From Eledone cirrhosa (Eukaryota): 64,000 nucleotides of DNA. The stretch lies in NCBI GenBank assembly GCA_964016885.1, contig OZ024740.1:387190001-387254000 (forward strand), given 5' to 3'. Shown here in pieces: positions 1 through 13,139 of this stretch (within the stretch, counting starts at the first letter, position 1; each line of letters begins with the position of its first letter). Position numbers and translations under genes: made by a program. The notes beneath the pieces were generated by a model that did not search any database, was not told where the DNA came from, and saw only the letters and a program-made list of their open reading frames with translations.

Positions 1-91
1 CATATATGTAATTTATCATTGTCGTTTTTCGTATTTGTATTTTCCATAGTAACATTAGGTTTTACAACCTACAGAGTATCATAGTAATCAT

Positions 92-260
92 TTTCTTCTT
101 CGCCTATTTAATCCTGGGAGGGTCGTGGGGACAGAGTTCTAAAGCACCCCTTCCAGGGGTCCTGTCAGAAGCAACCGTCTCCAGTTGATCCGACTGGATC
201 CCCAAGCGAGACCAGCCGAGCCTATGTCTTGCTCGAAGTCTACCCCTGGGTCTCCTGACG
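92..260 (-). mobile_element. RTE-clade (Rex3/Expander-like) LINE, 3' fragment with (GAA)n tail
   Basis: Minus-strand translation KPTVRRPRGRLRAR..LGWSRLGIQSDQLETVASDR matches the RTE/Rex3 C-terminus. Homologous to 38805-39225, 53053-53290 and 57095-58245. Confidence 0.8.
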
Positions 261-557
261 GTTGGTTTTATATCAATTACTACCAAACTTTCCCCTTCTG
301 TACATGTGCCCCCTGTAATATATAAATTGTGTTTATCCAATACAGAAATTATTTTCGTATTTTAGTTCATTAAAAAATTAAATACTTCTTGAAATATTTT
401 CTTCAATTGAATAATTTCTTGCCAAACTTTTCAGGTGTTGTTATTGTTGTTTAACCCCAAGTCAATCCTGATGGAGGCTAGTTATAAGTATTATAAGTAC
501 AAGCCTTCCACCCGTAACTATCCTCTCTTTTCAAGTGCATAAAGGATTGCATTATCT

Positions 558-745
558 TGGTGGATTGGCAGTATCAGTAGAGGGTCGGACGCCATGCTTT
601 CCAGCATAGTTACGTCCCTTTACGATCTGAGTTCAAATCCCGCCGAGGTTGACTTTGCCTTTAATCCTTACGGGGTCGATAAAATAAAGTACCAGTAATG
701 CACTGGGTAATTGCTGGCCTTGTGCCTAAAGTAGAAACAATTATT
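558..745 (+). mobile_element. tRNA-derived SINE, family 1 (octopus-type; core GCCTTTCATCCTTACGGGGTCGATAAAATAAAGTACCAG)
   Basis: A-box-like TGGCAGTATCAGTAG, B-box GAGTTCAAATCC, conserved core and 3' GGCCTTGTGCCTAAAGTAGAAAC. Many copies occur in the window. Confidence 0.8.
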
Positions 746-1629
746 TTTTATACAAGCTACCACGTAAAGAGTTTCTAGTTGTCTTAAACATGTCCATATC
801 ACGCTAAAAGATAAATGTTTCTCGTTCGTCTAAAACCTTTACAGTAAATGATCAATGGATTAGAAGAGAACCAAAAGAGAGAGAGAGAGAGTAAAAAAAA
901 ATGAAATTAATTTTACAGCTCGCACCTACGTAGGTTTAGCTGCTCTCTTACACGGTTAAACCTCATAATAGGTTTCTTAGGTCTTTTACTGATAGGAACC
1001 TCAGTCCTATTACGAAAAGCAACGTGAAATGAAGTGTCTTGCAGAAGAACACAACGCGCCGCTCGGTCAGGAAATTGAACCCACGACCTTATGATCAGAA
1101 GAAAGGTGGGAATCAGGCAGTTTTGGTATGTAGATGTCTAAAATATATAATTGTAAGTGTGGAATACTAATCATGATATAAATAAACAAATAAACATTGC
1201 TTTCTTTGTGTGTCTGCATGCCTGAATACTCATTTTCAAATTAATTACCAACATTAAAGATAGAACCAATCAGAATATTTCCACTCTTAGCCTTCCACAG
1301 AAAGTATTTTAAAAACTACATTTTAAGTTTGTGAAAACTTTTGTCTCCAGCCGTGTACAACAAATTACTTAAAAAAAAAAAAAAAAAAAAAAAAACTCAT
1401 AAATAAGATAAGCTTTTTTTAAAATAAAAATCATTACGAAATTACAAGAATTTTTCAAGTTGTTTTTGCAATATTGTATATATGAACTCGTAACTCCTGG
1501 TGGAGTCATAGGTGCCGTAAGGCGTTGTTTGAACATTTAAAACCTGACGCAGCCCATTCCCCTCTTGGTCTGAATACAACCGACTTTCTTTCTTCTTTTT
1601 TTTTTGATAGTAGTGGCGCTGGGACGGAA

Positions 1630-1800
1630 AAGAAGAGAGAGTTAGAGAGGAAGCGGTACTGGGCTCGCACGTTTGTTTATCGACCTCGAAAGGATGAAAG
1701 GCAAAATTGACTTCGGCGGGATTTGAACTCTGAATGCGGCATCGGAACGAATACGTTAAAACATTCTATCCGACGTTCCAACGACTTTACCAACACGCTG
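1630..1800 (-). mobile_element. SINE family 1 copy (diverged)
   Basis: Reverse-complement core: ATCGACCTCGAAAGGATGAAAGGCAAAATTGAC...GGATTTGAACTC. Confidence 0.7.
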
Positions 1801-2560
1801 CTATTTTTAAAGATAACAAATTTCACTTTGTTAAAGTTTTTGTTGAATATATTTTGAAATGATATGCTGTTCGTTTAAATATTTTTGGAATCTGTGACTA
1901 ATTAGAATTTTTTAACGAAACACTAACTTATTCAAATTGTGAAATCTAACGATTTTAAAAAAAGAAACGAAAAATAAAGATCACTCAAGTGATTTGGACA
2001 ATATTTTTCGACACTACAAAAAAAAAAAAATTGTCAGAAATATTAGCATACCATATATACCCATAAAAAGACAGCAAATTGGCACAGTCGTTAGAACGTC
2101 GGATGGAATATTTCGGGGTATTCATTCGTTTCGGCACTCTCAAATGCTACCCACCCAACTTTGCTTTTCACCCGTCTGAGATGGACAAATAAAGTCTAGT
2201 GCTGGCAACGATTTTCCCCTTTATATATCTCCCTCTCACTTGCCCCGTTTTTCTCTCTCTCTCTGGCTTTTCGTCTCTTGAAGAAATCAGCTGTGTTCAG
2301 GCCTGGAGAGGGATGTGCTCCGTCAGGTTTCAATACCCACGACGCGCCGTACATAATTACCGTGGCTCTGTGACTAAATTAAGGACTTATGATAAATATA
2401 CCCGTGTATAAATTGTACCTTTTATGAAGAACCAACATACGGCTTATCTACTGAACCTACACCACCTCAATTAAAACTATATGGTGCATTGTAAATGTAT
2501 GTAAAACGGAGGTGAGACTTATACTTATGCGTTGTATTTTTCAACAAGTACTTTAAAACC

Positions 2561-2821
2561 AAGGGCCGGATTTAGATTTGATGAGGCCCTAAGCTATTTG
2601 AGATAATGGGGCCCTTTATATGTTATAAAAAATGTTATAAAAACTGCAAAACGTTCAATATTAAAGCAGAAAACTGTTTAAAACTATTGCATTATTTTAG
2701 TTCTTTTTTATCTTATATTTTGGAAATGTACACACCGTTTTTTTTTCAATTTTTTCGGGGCCCCAAAAAAGTGGGGGCCCTAAGCTGTAGCTTGTTTAGC
2801 TTATACGTAAATCCCACTCTG
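2561..2821. mobile_element. hAT-type MITE
   Basis: Perfect 8 bp TSD TTAAAACC (2553-2560, 2822-2829). Degenerate TIRs AGGGCCGGATTTA / TAAATCCCACTCTG and subterminal GGGCCC motifs. Confidence 0.75.
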
Positions 2822-2824
2822 TTA

Positions 2825-3095
2825 AAACCCCTTTGTTACTATATTTTTAATGAGACATTGCATATAATTTCCCAATGATTTTGAAAATAATCAAGAATTT
2901 CGAGGGATTTAGTAATATAACTTAACTTTTCATTATTAAGCTGGTGTTTGGAGCATAACTTAACCAAGATTCTCACATAAAGTTATGATGGAAAGTTTCT
3001 AGATAGATGTAAACACTTTAAAATAAAAGCAGTGTTGTATCGTAGAACCAAGGGTAGTTTGATTAAGTGTGACTGAATGCATAACTAAAGGATTA
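2825..3095. mobile_element. piggyBac-like MITE (diverged copy of 56833-57092)
   Basis: Shares GAAAATAATCAAGAATTT and ATTAAGCTGGTGTTTGGA with the TTAA-flanked element at 56833. Confidence 0.55.
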
Positions 3096-3869
3096 CAGAA
3101 TAAACTTTGTGTGTGTGCTTTTGTTATGATTAAATGTTTAAGTTTACTAATTAATACCTTTCCAGCTGCCAGAAAACTCTTAAAGTTATTTCAACATGCA
3201 AAGACGGCTGGCCATAAGGATTTTTTAGATAATACCCGGTGGTCTGGGTAATAAATAAATAAACAAACAGCTGAAAAAAAAAAGATGTTACGAAAAACTG
3301 AAGTCATAGCCGTTACACACAAATTGAAGCGAAACTGTAACACACCTTAACTGAGGAGTGAAAATACTCCTCTGGCCCTCAATAGTCGGTTAGTCAGTAT
3401 CACTCGGGTTGGTTTTAAGACCCAGTTCGTGCCTGTCGACATGATCAAAATTGAAACGGAAGAAGTCCTTTGTGTAAATACGTGAAAATAAAAGCGAAGA
3501 CAATTATCTAATAGATTGCCAGCAATCTTAACAGATTATTCATTCTAATTAAAACTTGATCCACAATAAATAGAAAAAACACCTGCACCCTTTAGCAATT
3601 GTTAATGCCGGATTAACTCAAGATGTCAAGGAAGCTTAAAGAATGAACATAAGAGTAGTATTACAACAACAAAATAACAAATAATTATCGTAACATTAAT
3701 TATGTACAGAATATTGTACTACGTATCTATTAGTATTTTATGTGATATTTTATATATGTTGATATATCATCATGACTTGACTTGGCTGGGTAGATTTATG
3801 AAGACGCCTGCCCACGTCTATTGCAAGCTTTCTGGTGGCTGACACGACTAATATAGGACAGACACGTTG

Positions 3870-3945
3870 ACACACACACACACAGACAGACAGATAGACA
3901 CACACACACACAAAGACACACACACAGAGACACACACACACACAC

Positions 3946-4019
<74 letters not shown>
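3870..4019. repeat. (CA)n microsatellite
   Basis: Read directly from the sequence. Confidence 0.95.
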
Positions 4020-4020
<1 letters not shown>

Positions 4021-4249
4021 ATAATAATAATGTGATATACTTTCTCTTTCAGTTTCGTTTTCTACTTTCAGACAGGTGATATTTGTTAAGGTGTTCTCGG
4101 CTACGTCCGCGTACTGTGTTTTTCTGCGTTTCTTATCAATTTTATAAATACGAGAACTATGCTATTCGAAACCGTGATAATGGGGGAAAGGGTGGATATT
4201 TCCACGCTCTCAATTTATTATCGTGAGCTCTAAACGATTGAGAACCATT

Positions 4250-5760
4250 AGTGCGAACGATGAAATTATTAAGAAGAGGAAAGTTACAGGATTGGGGGGA
4301 AAAAATTAGCAAGTCTGAAAGTGATGATACAAAAACTAAAATAGGCCGAAACCACGCTATCAGAGAATCAACAATGAGTAATATTATTCAGAACACGAAC
4401 ATTTATAAAAAGCAGGAACAAAATTGTGCTTCATGATCGAATTTCCAAACAAGAAACAGAAGTGCTGCAATGATCGAAATGGAACATCTTTTGTCAATAT
4501 TGATCGAAGATTGCAATCAAAAGCTCATTGCTATAAGATAACTGACGATTAAATCGAATGTTGTCAATCTGTTTACAACAATCTAAAGGAAACGAAATTG
4601 AAGGGAGAAACTAATGAAAGATGTTTTGGGGGAAATTCTGGATGGTCTGACAGGATTTGAAAACTATCCGGAATCCATAAAATTGAGATTGTATGGAAAA
4701 GTGAAAATGCAAGCGATAGATAGTGCAGCAGCCAAACATTCGCCGAACTGAAAAACATTAACAAAGATGGTGGTTATGTTGATTAACAAGTTATGTATAC
4801 TGAGGAAACGAGGCTGTTTTGGAAACGAACGCCTAATTTGATGGAAAAAGAAAAATTACAACCTGTGTTCAAAGTAACTAATGACCGTCTAACACATTTA
4901 TATGGAAATGCTGCTAATGGTCTAAAGTTAAAATCCATGTTGATCAAGCGATCAGAGAATTCGCGTATTCTTTAAGAGTTAAGCAAACGTTACATAACAG
5001 TTTATTGGAAATCAAATAGACACGCTTGGGTTACAACATTTTTATTTGAATATTACTCGTCTAGAAATTTAGATTTCAAAATGTTATTAAATTTGAGAAA
5101 TGCTCCAGGTTACCGAACTGCGTTTGGGGACTTTTGTCAAAAATAGGAAGGTTGTAGCTATATCATGTGAAAACTTCTGTCAAAAATATGATTATGTCAA
5201 AACTTTTGTCCAAATTATTGAAAAAACAACGAGAGTAATGCAATTAATCTTATGGGCGTTCAGTAGAATTTTAACAAAGGATGCAATGGAAAATATTAAT
5301 GATACATAGTATGAAGTAACAGCTATATGAGAGCGGCTTGAAATTATATAATTACATGTGCAAATAATATTGGCGTACTCGGGGCTGGAGTTACAGCGCC
5401 TGTAACAGAAATCATTCAGCTTGGTTTTCACTAGGGAATATCTAGAAAAGATTACGTTAATACTTTGCATGATGTGAACCTCAACGATGAAAACCTTTTA
5501 AGTTTAGAGCAGCAATTTACGTATGATGGAACAGCTCAAGTTGAGGCGCACACGAAAGAATTCTCAGTTGAAGAGCTCGAAGCTATTTCTAGAATCTTTG
5601 AAGATGAAAAGCAAATGATAATGGATGCAAATCTAAATGTAGAAAGAACGAAGCTAGAAAGACAAGTTGAAAGTGTACTCAGCTGCTATAGGGTTGTGCA
5701 GAAAGAGAAGATGAAAGAAAAATGGAAGCAAACAACTGTTTTTCAATATACATAAAAAAC
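4250..5760 (+). pseudogene. Tigger/pogo (CENP-B-like) DNA transposase, heavily degraded
   Basis: Frameshifted segments RESTMSNII, EMEHLLSILIEDCNQK and YTEETRLFWKRTP..PVFKVTNDRLT..GNAANGLKLK..SENSRIL follow the Tigger HTH/DDE order. TIRs were not resolved. Confidence 0.75.
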
Positions 5761-5994
5761 ATATTTAACTTTTTTCTTTTGAATATTTTGATGCAAGTCA
5801 ATACACTCGTAAAACATACAATTGTATCCAATTCATTTATTTCCTTCTTTATTGATATCGATTTTCATATGCATTTTTTTCTGTAAGATATTTCGAAAAA
5901 TTATAAATTTAGTATTTTTCAAAGTCTAGATACCAATCGGTGATTTTACATGTATTTATATATTTTGATAGTGCGGGGTTCTTACAGAAATGTA

Positions 5995-6625
5995 ATAAAG
6001 GTTTCTGATTTAGGCACAAGGCCAACAATTTGGGGGAAAGGAAAAATTGATTACATCGACTCCAGTATGTGACTGGTACTTTATTTTAGCAACCTTTGAA
6101 AGATGAAAGACAAAGTTAACCACCGCAGTATTTCAATTCCGAACATAAAGTATCGCAACTAAATGCTACAAAACATTTTCTCCGTTCTCATGATTCTACC
6201 AAATGTCCCGCATTTAAACCGGCTTAATAATGGTTTGGGGGAGAAGAAAGTTGATTACATTGACCCCGGAAAGATGAAAAGTAAAGGTAATCTCGGGGAG
6301 GAGAGGATTTGAACTCAGAACGTAAAGAGACGTAACTATATGCTGCAAAGCATGTTGTCCAGTGCTCTACCGATTCTGCTAATCCACCACCCTGCAGTAC
6401 GTAATAATTGTCTCTACTTTAGGCACAAGGCCAGCAATTTGAAGGGGAGGGGATAGTCGATAAATCGACCCTAGTGCATTACTGGTGCTTTATTTTATCG
6501 ACCCCGTAAGGAAGAAAGGCAAAGTTAACCTCGGGGGGATTTGAACTCAGAACTTAAAGGGCCATAACTCTATGCTGCAAAACATGGTGTCCAACTCTAC
6601 CGATACTGCCAATCCACCGCCCTAA
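5995..6625 (-). mobile_element. Cluster of three SINE family 1 copies, same orientation
   Basis: Three successive reverse-strand cores/B-boxes at about 6100, 6270 and 6500. Confidence 0.75.
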
Positions 6626-8123
6626 CACTGCCAATAACAATAAACTGTAGACGAAGTTGTCTTTCACATTGTAGCAACACAAGTAAGCTAAATACTGACT
6701 ATTGTGATAAATGTCAATTGAAAGGAACAATTGTAATGATTGTAGCAGCTATTGGAATTGTCAAAAGTGAACTCAAAATTTACATCGTGTTGTGCATCAT
6801 ATTAATATATCTTTTATTCATTTATTCATATAGTAGTTTTCGCAACTTCACCCTTTGTTCTATGGCGTGTTCTCCACGATATTAAACACCAATATTGATT
6901 TCTTTTGTCTAGACAATAGACACATCTGAGAGAGAATGGTAAAATGCTATTGAATCGGCTTCACTATATTACTTCTACTTATTCTATCACAACTGGAGGT
7001 ACAAATGACAAAGTACCCAAGCGGGATTTGAACTTACAATGGTATAAAGTCACACAATTTTACACAATTACTGAATGTAATCGACAGCATCGACTTCAGG
7101 ATGGACCTAATACTTTACTTAAGCATGTAGGATGACAAGCCAATTGGCCCGGGCGGAATTCGAAATAAGACAAATTAGTCCAGTGCTCTAGCGTTGCTAC
7201 CAGCTCATCAAACATTAATCATGAATTGTTACTAATGCACAGGATCAAATAGAAAATTGAATCGTTAATCTCAGCTACGTTTCTACCTTATTATATAAAC
7301 GTTACTGCCGAGATGATATCAAGGAAATTAACTAAGGAAAAACGAAAATAAGGAACTTAAAAGTAGGTTTGCATTTTTTTTTCATTAAACTTTAAAAACT
7401 ACTTATCTTATTTGTAATAATTGACATCACGTATCCAATTTCCAAAGGCAACTTTCCGTAAAAATGTCGTTGAAGAAAAATATGCATGAAAAGACGAGTT
7501 GTAAAGCAACTGAAATCTAAAATAGCACATAGTAAGGGTATGGGCAACCACATTTGTGATATAAATCATTACATAATTACTGTGAAAATCTTAATTGACA
7601 AAATGGCCACGAAATAGAAATGTCAATTATTGGTCAAAGGAAATTTCTGAACACAATATCTTATAAGATTATATTAACAAAATATCTTTATTAAACATAT
7701 AAATGTAATATTCGGATGAATACTTACAATTAATTGAACATATTGAAGAGATCTTTGTCGGCATTTTGTTTGCGTTATCTCATAAACCATTAAAATCAAT
7801 ACTGTACAATAAACCAGGAAACATTGAGAAAAAGAGCAAGATGCAAAGACCACGAATGACGAGAGAGAGGGAGGAACAGATTTACAGAAATAGAAAGAAA
7901 TAGATAGAAAGAGCCAACGATAGATTGCGAATTAGAAACTGAGAGAGACATAGAATTTGTTGACAAAAGAGAGATGAGTGTTAAGGCGAAAACAAGAGAG
8001 GAAGAGAATTAAGGAGACCTTGTTTATACATAACACGCATGCCACGATAAATGTCAGTTCGTGTTAATTCAGTCGACATGGGACAAGCGAATCAGACAGT
8101 CAACGTGAATAAACACACGCAAA

Positions 8124-8900
8124 TCTATAATATAATAAAAAGGAAGTTTGTTTGTAAGTTGACCGCTAATAATACAAAATGAAATTGATAATAATTAAGG
8201 GTTTTCTTGTTTTCAACTAATTTGACCCCCAACATGCTCGCTATCAACTTATTTTCCAAAAATGGAACGAAGTGGGCGAGTTGGTGGAAAATTTACTGCT
8301 CTTTCTAGCACACAGGTACTGTCTGATCGTCCGTCACGCTATCTATATATAGAGAGGGAAATACTACTCCACCCCACCCTCCTTTCTAATTAATTAAAAA
8401 CTTTCTAGGTGTTTTCGTTTGTTGTCGACTGATCTGACACCTGACTCACTCGCTAACGATTCCCTTTTTTCCGAAATGGAGGTGGGGAGAGAGGGTAACC
8501 CTTGGAGTTACAGATAAGCACATCTCAGCCGTTTAAATTCATAGAGAAGCACTAGCTGGGTATCACTTATAAAGTATGTATGCAAATACGTCAGCAATGA
8601 TTCCGATGCTGCCATGTTTTTGCTACAAAAATGAAATATGTCACTTGAGGTGTCCAACTTCCCGATTTTCCCAGCCTCGGACATTACTTCAGTGAGAATA
8701 ACAGGCGGGAATGTAGGGGGGGGGGGGGGGGTGCTCGGAGTTACAGAAACCTACCTTCCAGCCGTTTGAATTTATGGAAAAGCAATCCCTTGATACCGAA
8801 GGATGTTTTGATCCTTCACCATTTTGCACTGTGTTGTCAACTTAATTAATCAAATATCCCCCAATTTCAAAATCCATCATTCCAATCGTTAGGTCTCGGG
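8124..8900 (+). mobile_element. Possible old non-autonomous Helitron-like element
   Basis: A^TCTATAATATAATAAAAAGGAAGTTTGTTTGT resembles a Helitron 5' end, with an internal repeat GGAGTTACAGA..CAGCCGTTT at ~8505 and ~8738. No 3' hairpin-CTAG was found, so the right boundary is a guess. Confidence 0.35.
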
Positions 8901-9639
8901 CTAGATCCCATTGCGTGGCATCTTGGGCAAATGTCAATTACAACAATTGGAACACTCATCGACGAAACTGACGAAAGTCCTTTGATTTCCTCACCGCATA
9001 ATTGTTTCTACTCAGCTTCGAGATTAGGGTTACAAGATCAAGTTCAGACGATCAATTCATAAGATCGTTAAAGCGAAGAAACAAAAAGCTTTGTGGTATT
9101 TGTTCCGGGATTCTGTGCTCTGAGTTCAAATGCAGCTGAGGTAAAATTAGTCTTTCATCTTTTAGGGGTCGGTATAAAAACAAGTGAAAGCTGGTGAAGT
9201 GTTAAAGCGTTGTACAGAATATCTTGTGGTATTGGTTCTAACTGTGTGCGTTTTCGCCCCCCCCCTCTCCAACGTCACTGGAAATGCTGGGAGTTGTCAC
9301 CAGTAGATAGTATCAGCAAGGAGAATACCAATAGAAATCTAACTTCCTTGTCTGATCTGACGATTGGCTTCTTTCTTTCTTTTATTTGTCACTACTACAG
9401 TTTTTGCCACACTTCAATGAACAACCGATTAAACTAAATTACTAATACAAACTACACACATGGTCAGAACAAACAATAAAATTAACTGTCGCTACAAACG
9501 TGCCATTCAGAAAGTCAAACGGGCAGCAGTTTGCTGATGAAAGGCTCACGTGGTGGCCTTTTAGTTAGTTAATCCGAAGAAAATAACCCAGCTCATAACC
9601 TTCGCACTTCATTACATTCAATATTTACTTATGATGATT

Positions 9640-10100
9640 TCTAATATAGGCCATAAGGTCAGTAATTAAATCAATATGCAGTACATAACTAGTTTGTACT
9701 TTATTTTATTGACCCCGGAAGTATGTAAGACAAAATTGACCTCGACGGAGTTTGAACTCAAAATGTAACGAGCCAAACAAACTTCAATGTCATTTTATCC
9801 GACCGTCAACCAATTCTGCTAATCCAATACCATAAAAGTTTACTCAACTTATAATGCCAAGGGAAAATACCGCGTTCTTCAGGCATACTTTGAATAATAT
9901 TAAATACTATATTTACCGTACGCGTCTGTGCCACACCAAGGAAGGTGTTAATAACTAGCAAAAGGAGCCATTAAGACTGATTTTGAATATTATTTGTAAA
10001 GGTTAACTTTGCTTTTCATCCTTACGGGGTCGACAAAATAAAGTACCAGTAATACACTGGGATAATTGCTGGCCTTGTGCCAAAAGTAGAAACAATTATT
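9640..10100. mobile_element. Two SINE family 1 copies (minus ~9640-9830; plus 3' half ~10000-10100)
   Basis: Core and 3' motifs as at 558-745. Confidence 0.7.
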
Positions 10101-10337
10101 TGTAAAGAGTGTAACAACAATAGATAGCTTTTGCATTGTTGAAATTCTGTTGTTTTTGTTGTTGTTGTTTAACCCTTTTGACACCAGACAGGCTGAAATC
10201 ACTCTGGTTTTATTATTCAAACTTCCCATTTTAAAATATTCATATTTTTACTAAAACGTTCGATCAAAATTTTAAATTTTGCAAAGACATTTTTGTTAAG
10301 TAATGTTTCAAATATCAGCTTAGTAATGAAAAGGTAA

Positions 10338-10338
<1 letters not shown>

Positions 10339-10368
<30 letters not shown>

Positions 10369-10433
10369 CTTCTTCTTCTTCTTCTTCTTCTTCTTCTTCT
10401 TCTTCTTCTTCTTCTTCTTCTTCTTCTTCTTCT
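10339..10433. repeat. (TTC)n microsatellite
   Basis: Read directly; it is the source of the poly-E ORF artefact. Confidence 0.95.
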
Positions 10434-10439
10434 TTCCAC

Positions 10440-11010
10440 ATACACCTGGTGAATCGGGGACAAAGATCAATAACTGATTTTGTTATTGTCTCTGATCTCT
10501 TCGATTCTGTGTTAGATGATCGTGTTAAGAGATGGGATAAGCTGTTAACTGATCGCCATCTTGTTATCTGCAGCCTGAGACTACCTAAAGCCAAAACTGG
10601 CAGGCACAGCTCGACCTACAGAATAAATTGGGAAGCGCTGGTGGATAAAGAAGTCAAGACTAGGTATGCGGATACTATTGCATCCGATTTCAGAGAACTT
10701 CCTGATCAAACTGAGGACGTTGAAACAGAGTGGAAACTGTTCAGTTCGACAGTTTCTGTTTCAGCTGTTTCTACTTGTAGGGGAAAGTGGTTTGGCGTGG
10801 CGCCAGGTGACAGGAGGACCCCTTGGTTCAATCAAGAAGTCAAAGGTGCCACCCGAACAATGAAGGAGGTTTACAAAGCTTGGCTTGGAAATAGATCTGT
10901 TTCGTTACACTTGCGGTACAAGAAGGCACGAAAAGTCGCAATAGATGAAGTAAAGGCGTCCAAAGTTAAGACATTCGAGGAATTTGGTGTTAAGCTGGAA
11001 TCGAAAAAGG
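10440..11010 (+). mobile_element. RTE-clade LINE internal fragment (end of AP endonuclease plus linker)
   Basis: GQRSITDFVIVS..D.RVKR..LLTDRHLVIC (APE end, SDH-like), followed by DVETEWKLF..RRTPWFNQEVK. Confidence 0.8.
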
Positions 11011-11639
11011 TTAACTATTTACTCAGATTCCTCCAAATTTGTGATGACTTTCAAAATTAATTGAAACATATATGTGGTACATTTCATTAGAAATACGGTA
11101 AAGAAAAGGTTTAAATACTATTTTGACTAAATGCAAGGCCTTATGTTTTCAGATAAATAAGATGTCTCGGCTTTAATTAATATAGTTAATTAAATCGATA
11201 TTAGTATGTGATTGGTATTTATTTTATCTATTACTCAAACAAAAGATGGAATCGATCAACGATTAAAAATGATAAGAGAACACGTGATTTTTAACTGCAA
11301 CAAAGTAGACATCATCATGAATTGAGATGACAATCTTCTATTTGCTGGACACATGTTCTCTCTTCCTCTTCCTCACTCTTCCCCTCTTTGCTTTTGCAAT
11401 TTAACCACAAAAACGTCTTCTAGCACAGAATTAATTGATTGGCTTAATTAATTAATCATTGTTGCTATATAGTGATATTTAGGAATCAAAAAGAAACCTA
11501 ATGAGCCGATCTATGCTTCAGTTAAGCTCAAAGGTCAAAAGTGTCTGCAGGTAATTACCACGAACTGATCACAGGAACGTTTCAATTCAAATGTTGGAAA
11601 TCCTCCAACTGTTCTGTCTGCTGAATCCAGAATGGAATG

Positions 11640-11990
11640 GAATTGACCTCCATCGACTACGACGATGAGCGTTCCAGTTGTTCGAGCAACGGAACAGATT
11701 ATTCATGAAATTAACATGTGACTGGGGAACATTTCCCTGACACGTGTACCCTTAACGTAATTCTCAGGGAGATGCAGTATGTAACAAGTTTGATTCATTT
11801 CAATTACATGTACAGTCCATACAATGAGCTTTCAAACAGTTTCGGTTTACTCAATTTCCTTCACAAGGAATGTATTGACTCGAGGCTGTAGTAAATGACA
11901 CACACCCAGTATATCACATAAGGGGATCAAAGCCGGGACCTAATGATTGCGAAGCGTACTTCTTCGACATCCTGCCATGCTGCGTCCACT
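11640..11990. mobile_element. SINE-like repeat, family 2 (related copy ~28505-29020)
   Basis: Both loci share GTGAAATTAA..GTG, AAACAGTTTC, GTAAATGACAC and a tRNA-like end GGGACC.AATGATTGCGAA. Confidence 0.55.
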
Positions 11991-12099
11991 GAATGTAGAA
12001 TCTTCTAGTGCAGGTTTGTATATCAAGTATTAAGACAGCATCATACATATGGGTCTCTGTTGTGTCATTTACAACAGCATCATTCATAAAGTCACCTTC

Positions 12100-12401
12100 G
12101 TTACATATTATACTCTATATTAAGAAGAATATAAAATCAGAAAATATGAAAAAAACAAAACGGAAAAGCAAGGGAAAGGCAAGGGCTCTAGTGTGACAGA
12201 AGAATAGTGAGGGGAGAGGGATTGGGCTCTGGGCCTAGGGCGCGGCGGTAATGGGGCTGTTCCCCGCGGACAGGACCACAAAAGCATTTCCGCGGACAAT
12301 GGCCAGCGACACCCGCGGAGCTCCTTCCTCAGACGGGCCGCCGACGTTCCGATCTTGCAGAGGAGCTCAGCAATGTGGGGTCCAGCGCCGTCGTGGGCAT
12401 T
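12100..12401 (-). mobile_element. CRE-like RLE non-LTR retrotransposon, 3' fragment
   Basis: Minus frame RVSLAIVRGNAFVVLSAG resembles the CRE-type C-terminal motif QRISIAIQRGNA. A related 3' end lies at ~27865-27975. Confidence 0.6.
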
Positions 12402-12442
12402 TTAAACCTCTTTAATTCTAAACGAGTCTAAATCTGACTCTG

Positions 12443-12606
12443 ACATACATACATACATACATACATACATACATACATACATACATACATACATACATAC
12501 ATACATGCATGCATGCATGCATGCATACATACATACATACATACATACATACATACATACATACATACATACATACATACATACATACATACATACATAC
12601 ATACAT
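12443..12606. repeat. (CATA)n microsatellite, 5' flank of the R4/Dong-like element
   Basis: Read directly from the sequence. Confidence 0.95.
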
Positions 12607-13139
12607 GCACTCACACACATACAGTCAACGCGACCAGTCGCCCATTTTGGCGTCGGAGACTATTCATTAAATTTAAGATAAATACTATCTCCGACGACAG
12701 TAATGCCACAACTACCAGTCATGTTGAATAACTGGATATTCTTCTAGCTATATCCACTGAAGACACCTTTTATTCGAATTCGTAGAGATATCCGACTAAA
12801 TACATAATTCATTTTACAAGGATTTGCTACAAACAGCATGGCTGAACACAACATCAACAACAACAACATCAGTGGAATACCGAAGAAAAACGAGAAAGGT
12901 AAACAAAATTTATTCAGTTGTAGCTACAGAAGAAACCGAAATTATAAATCGCATTTCTCTTGGAGTTGCGAACTTGATGATTTATTTAATTGTTATAAAA
13001 TGGCAAAAAACAATCCCTCCATTGGCTGTATGAGCAGAATGAAGCTACACTGGGACGAAATACACCCAGAACTAAATTATTTCACAGCGAAACAATTACG
13101 CCAACAAGCGACGTTTGTTGAACGTAAAAATAAGAAAAA

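Noticed and set aside
9533-9600. CTGATGA followed by a hairpin (AAGGC..GCCTT)
   Set aside because: No GAAA directly follows the stem, and there is no stem I or III.
12624-12760. HDV-like ribozyme in the R4/Dong 5' UTR
   Set aside because: Hairpins are present (GCGAC/GTCGC, CGTCGGAGA/TCTCCGACG) but I could not recognise a nested double pseudoknot.
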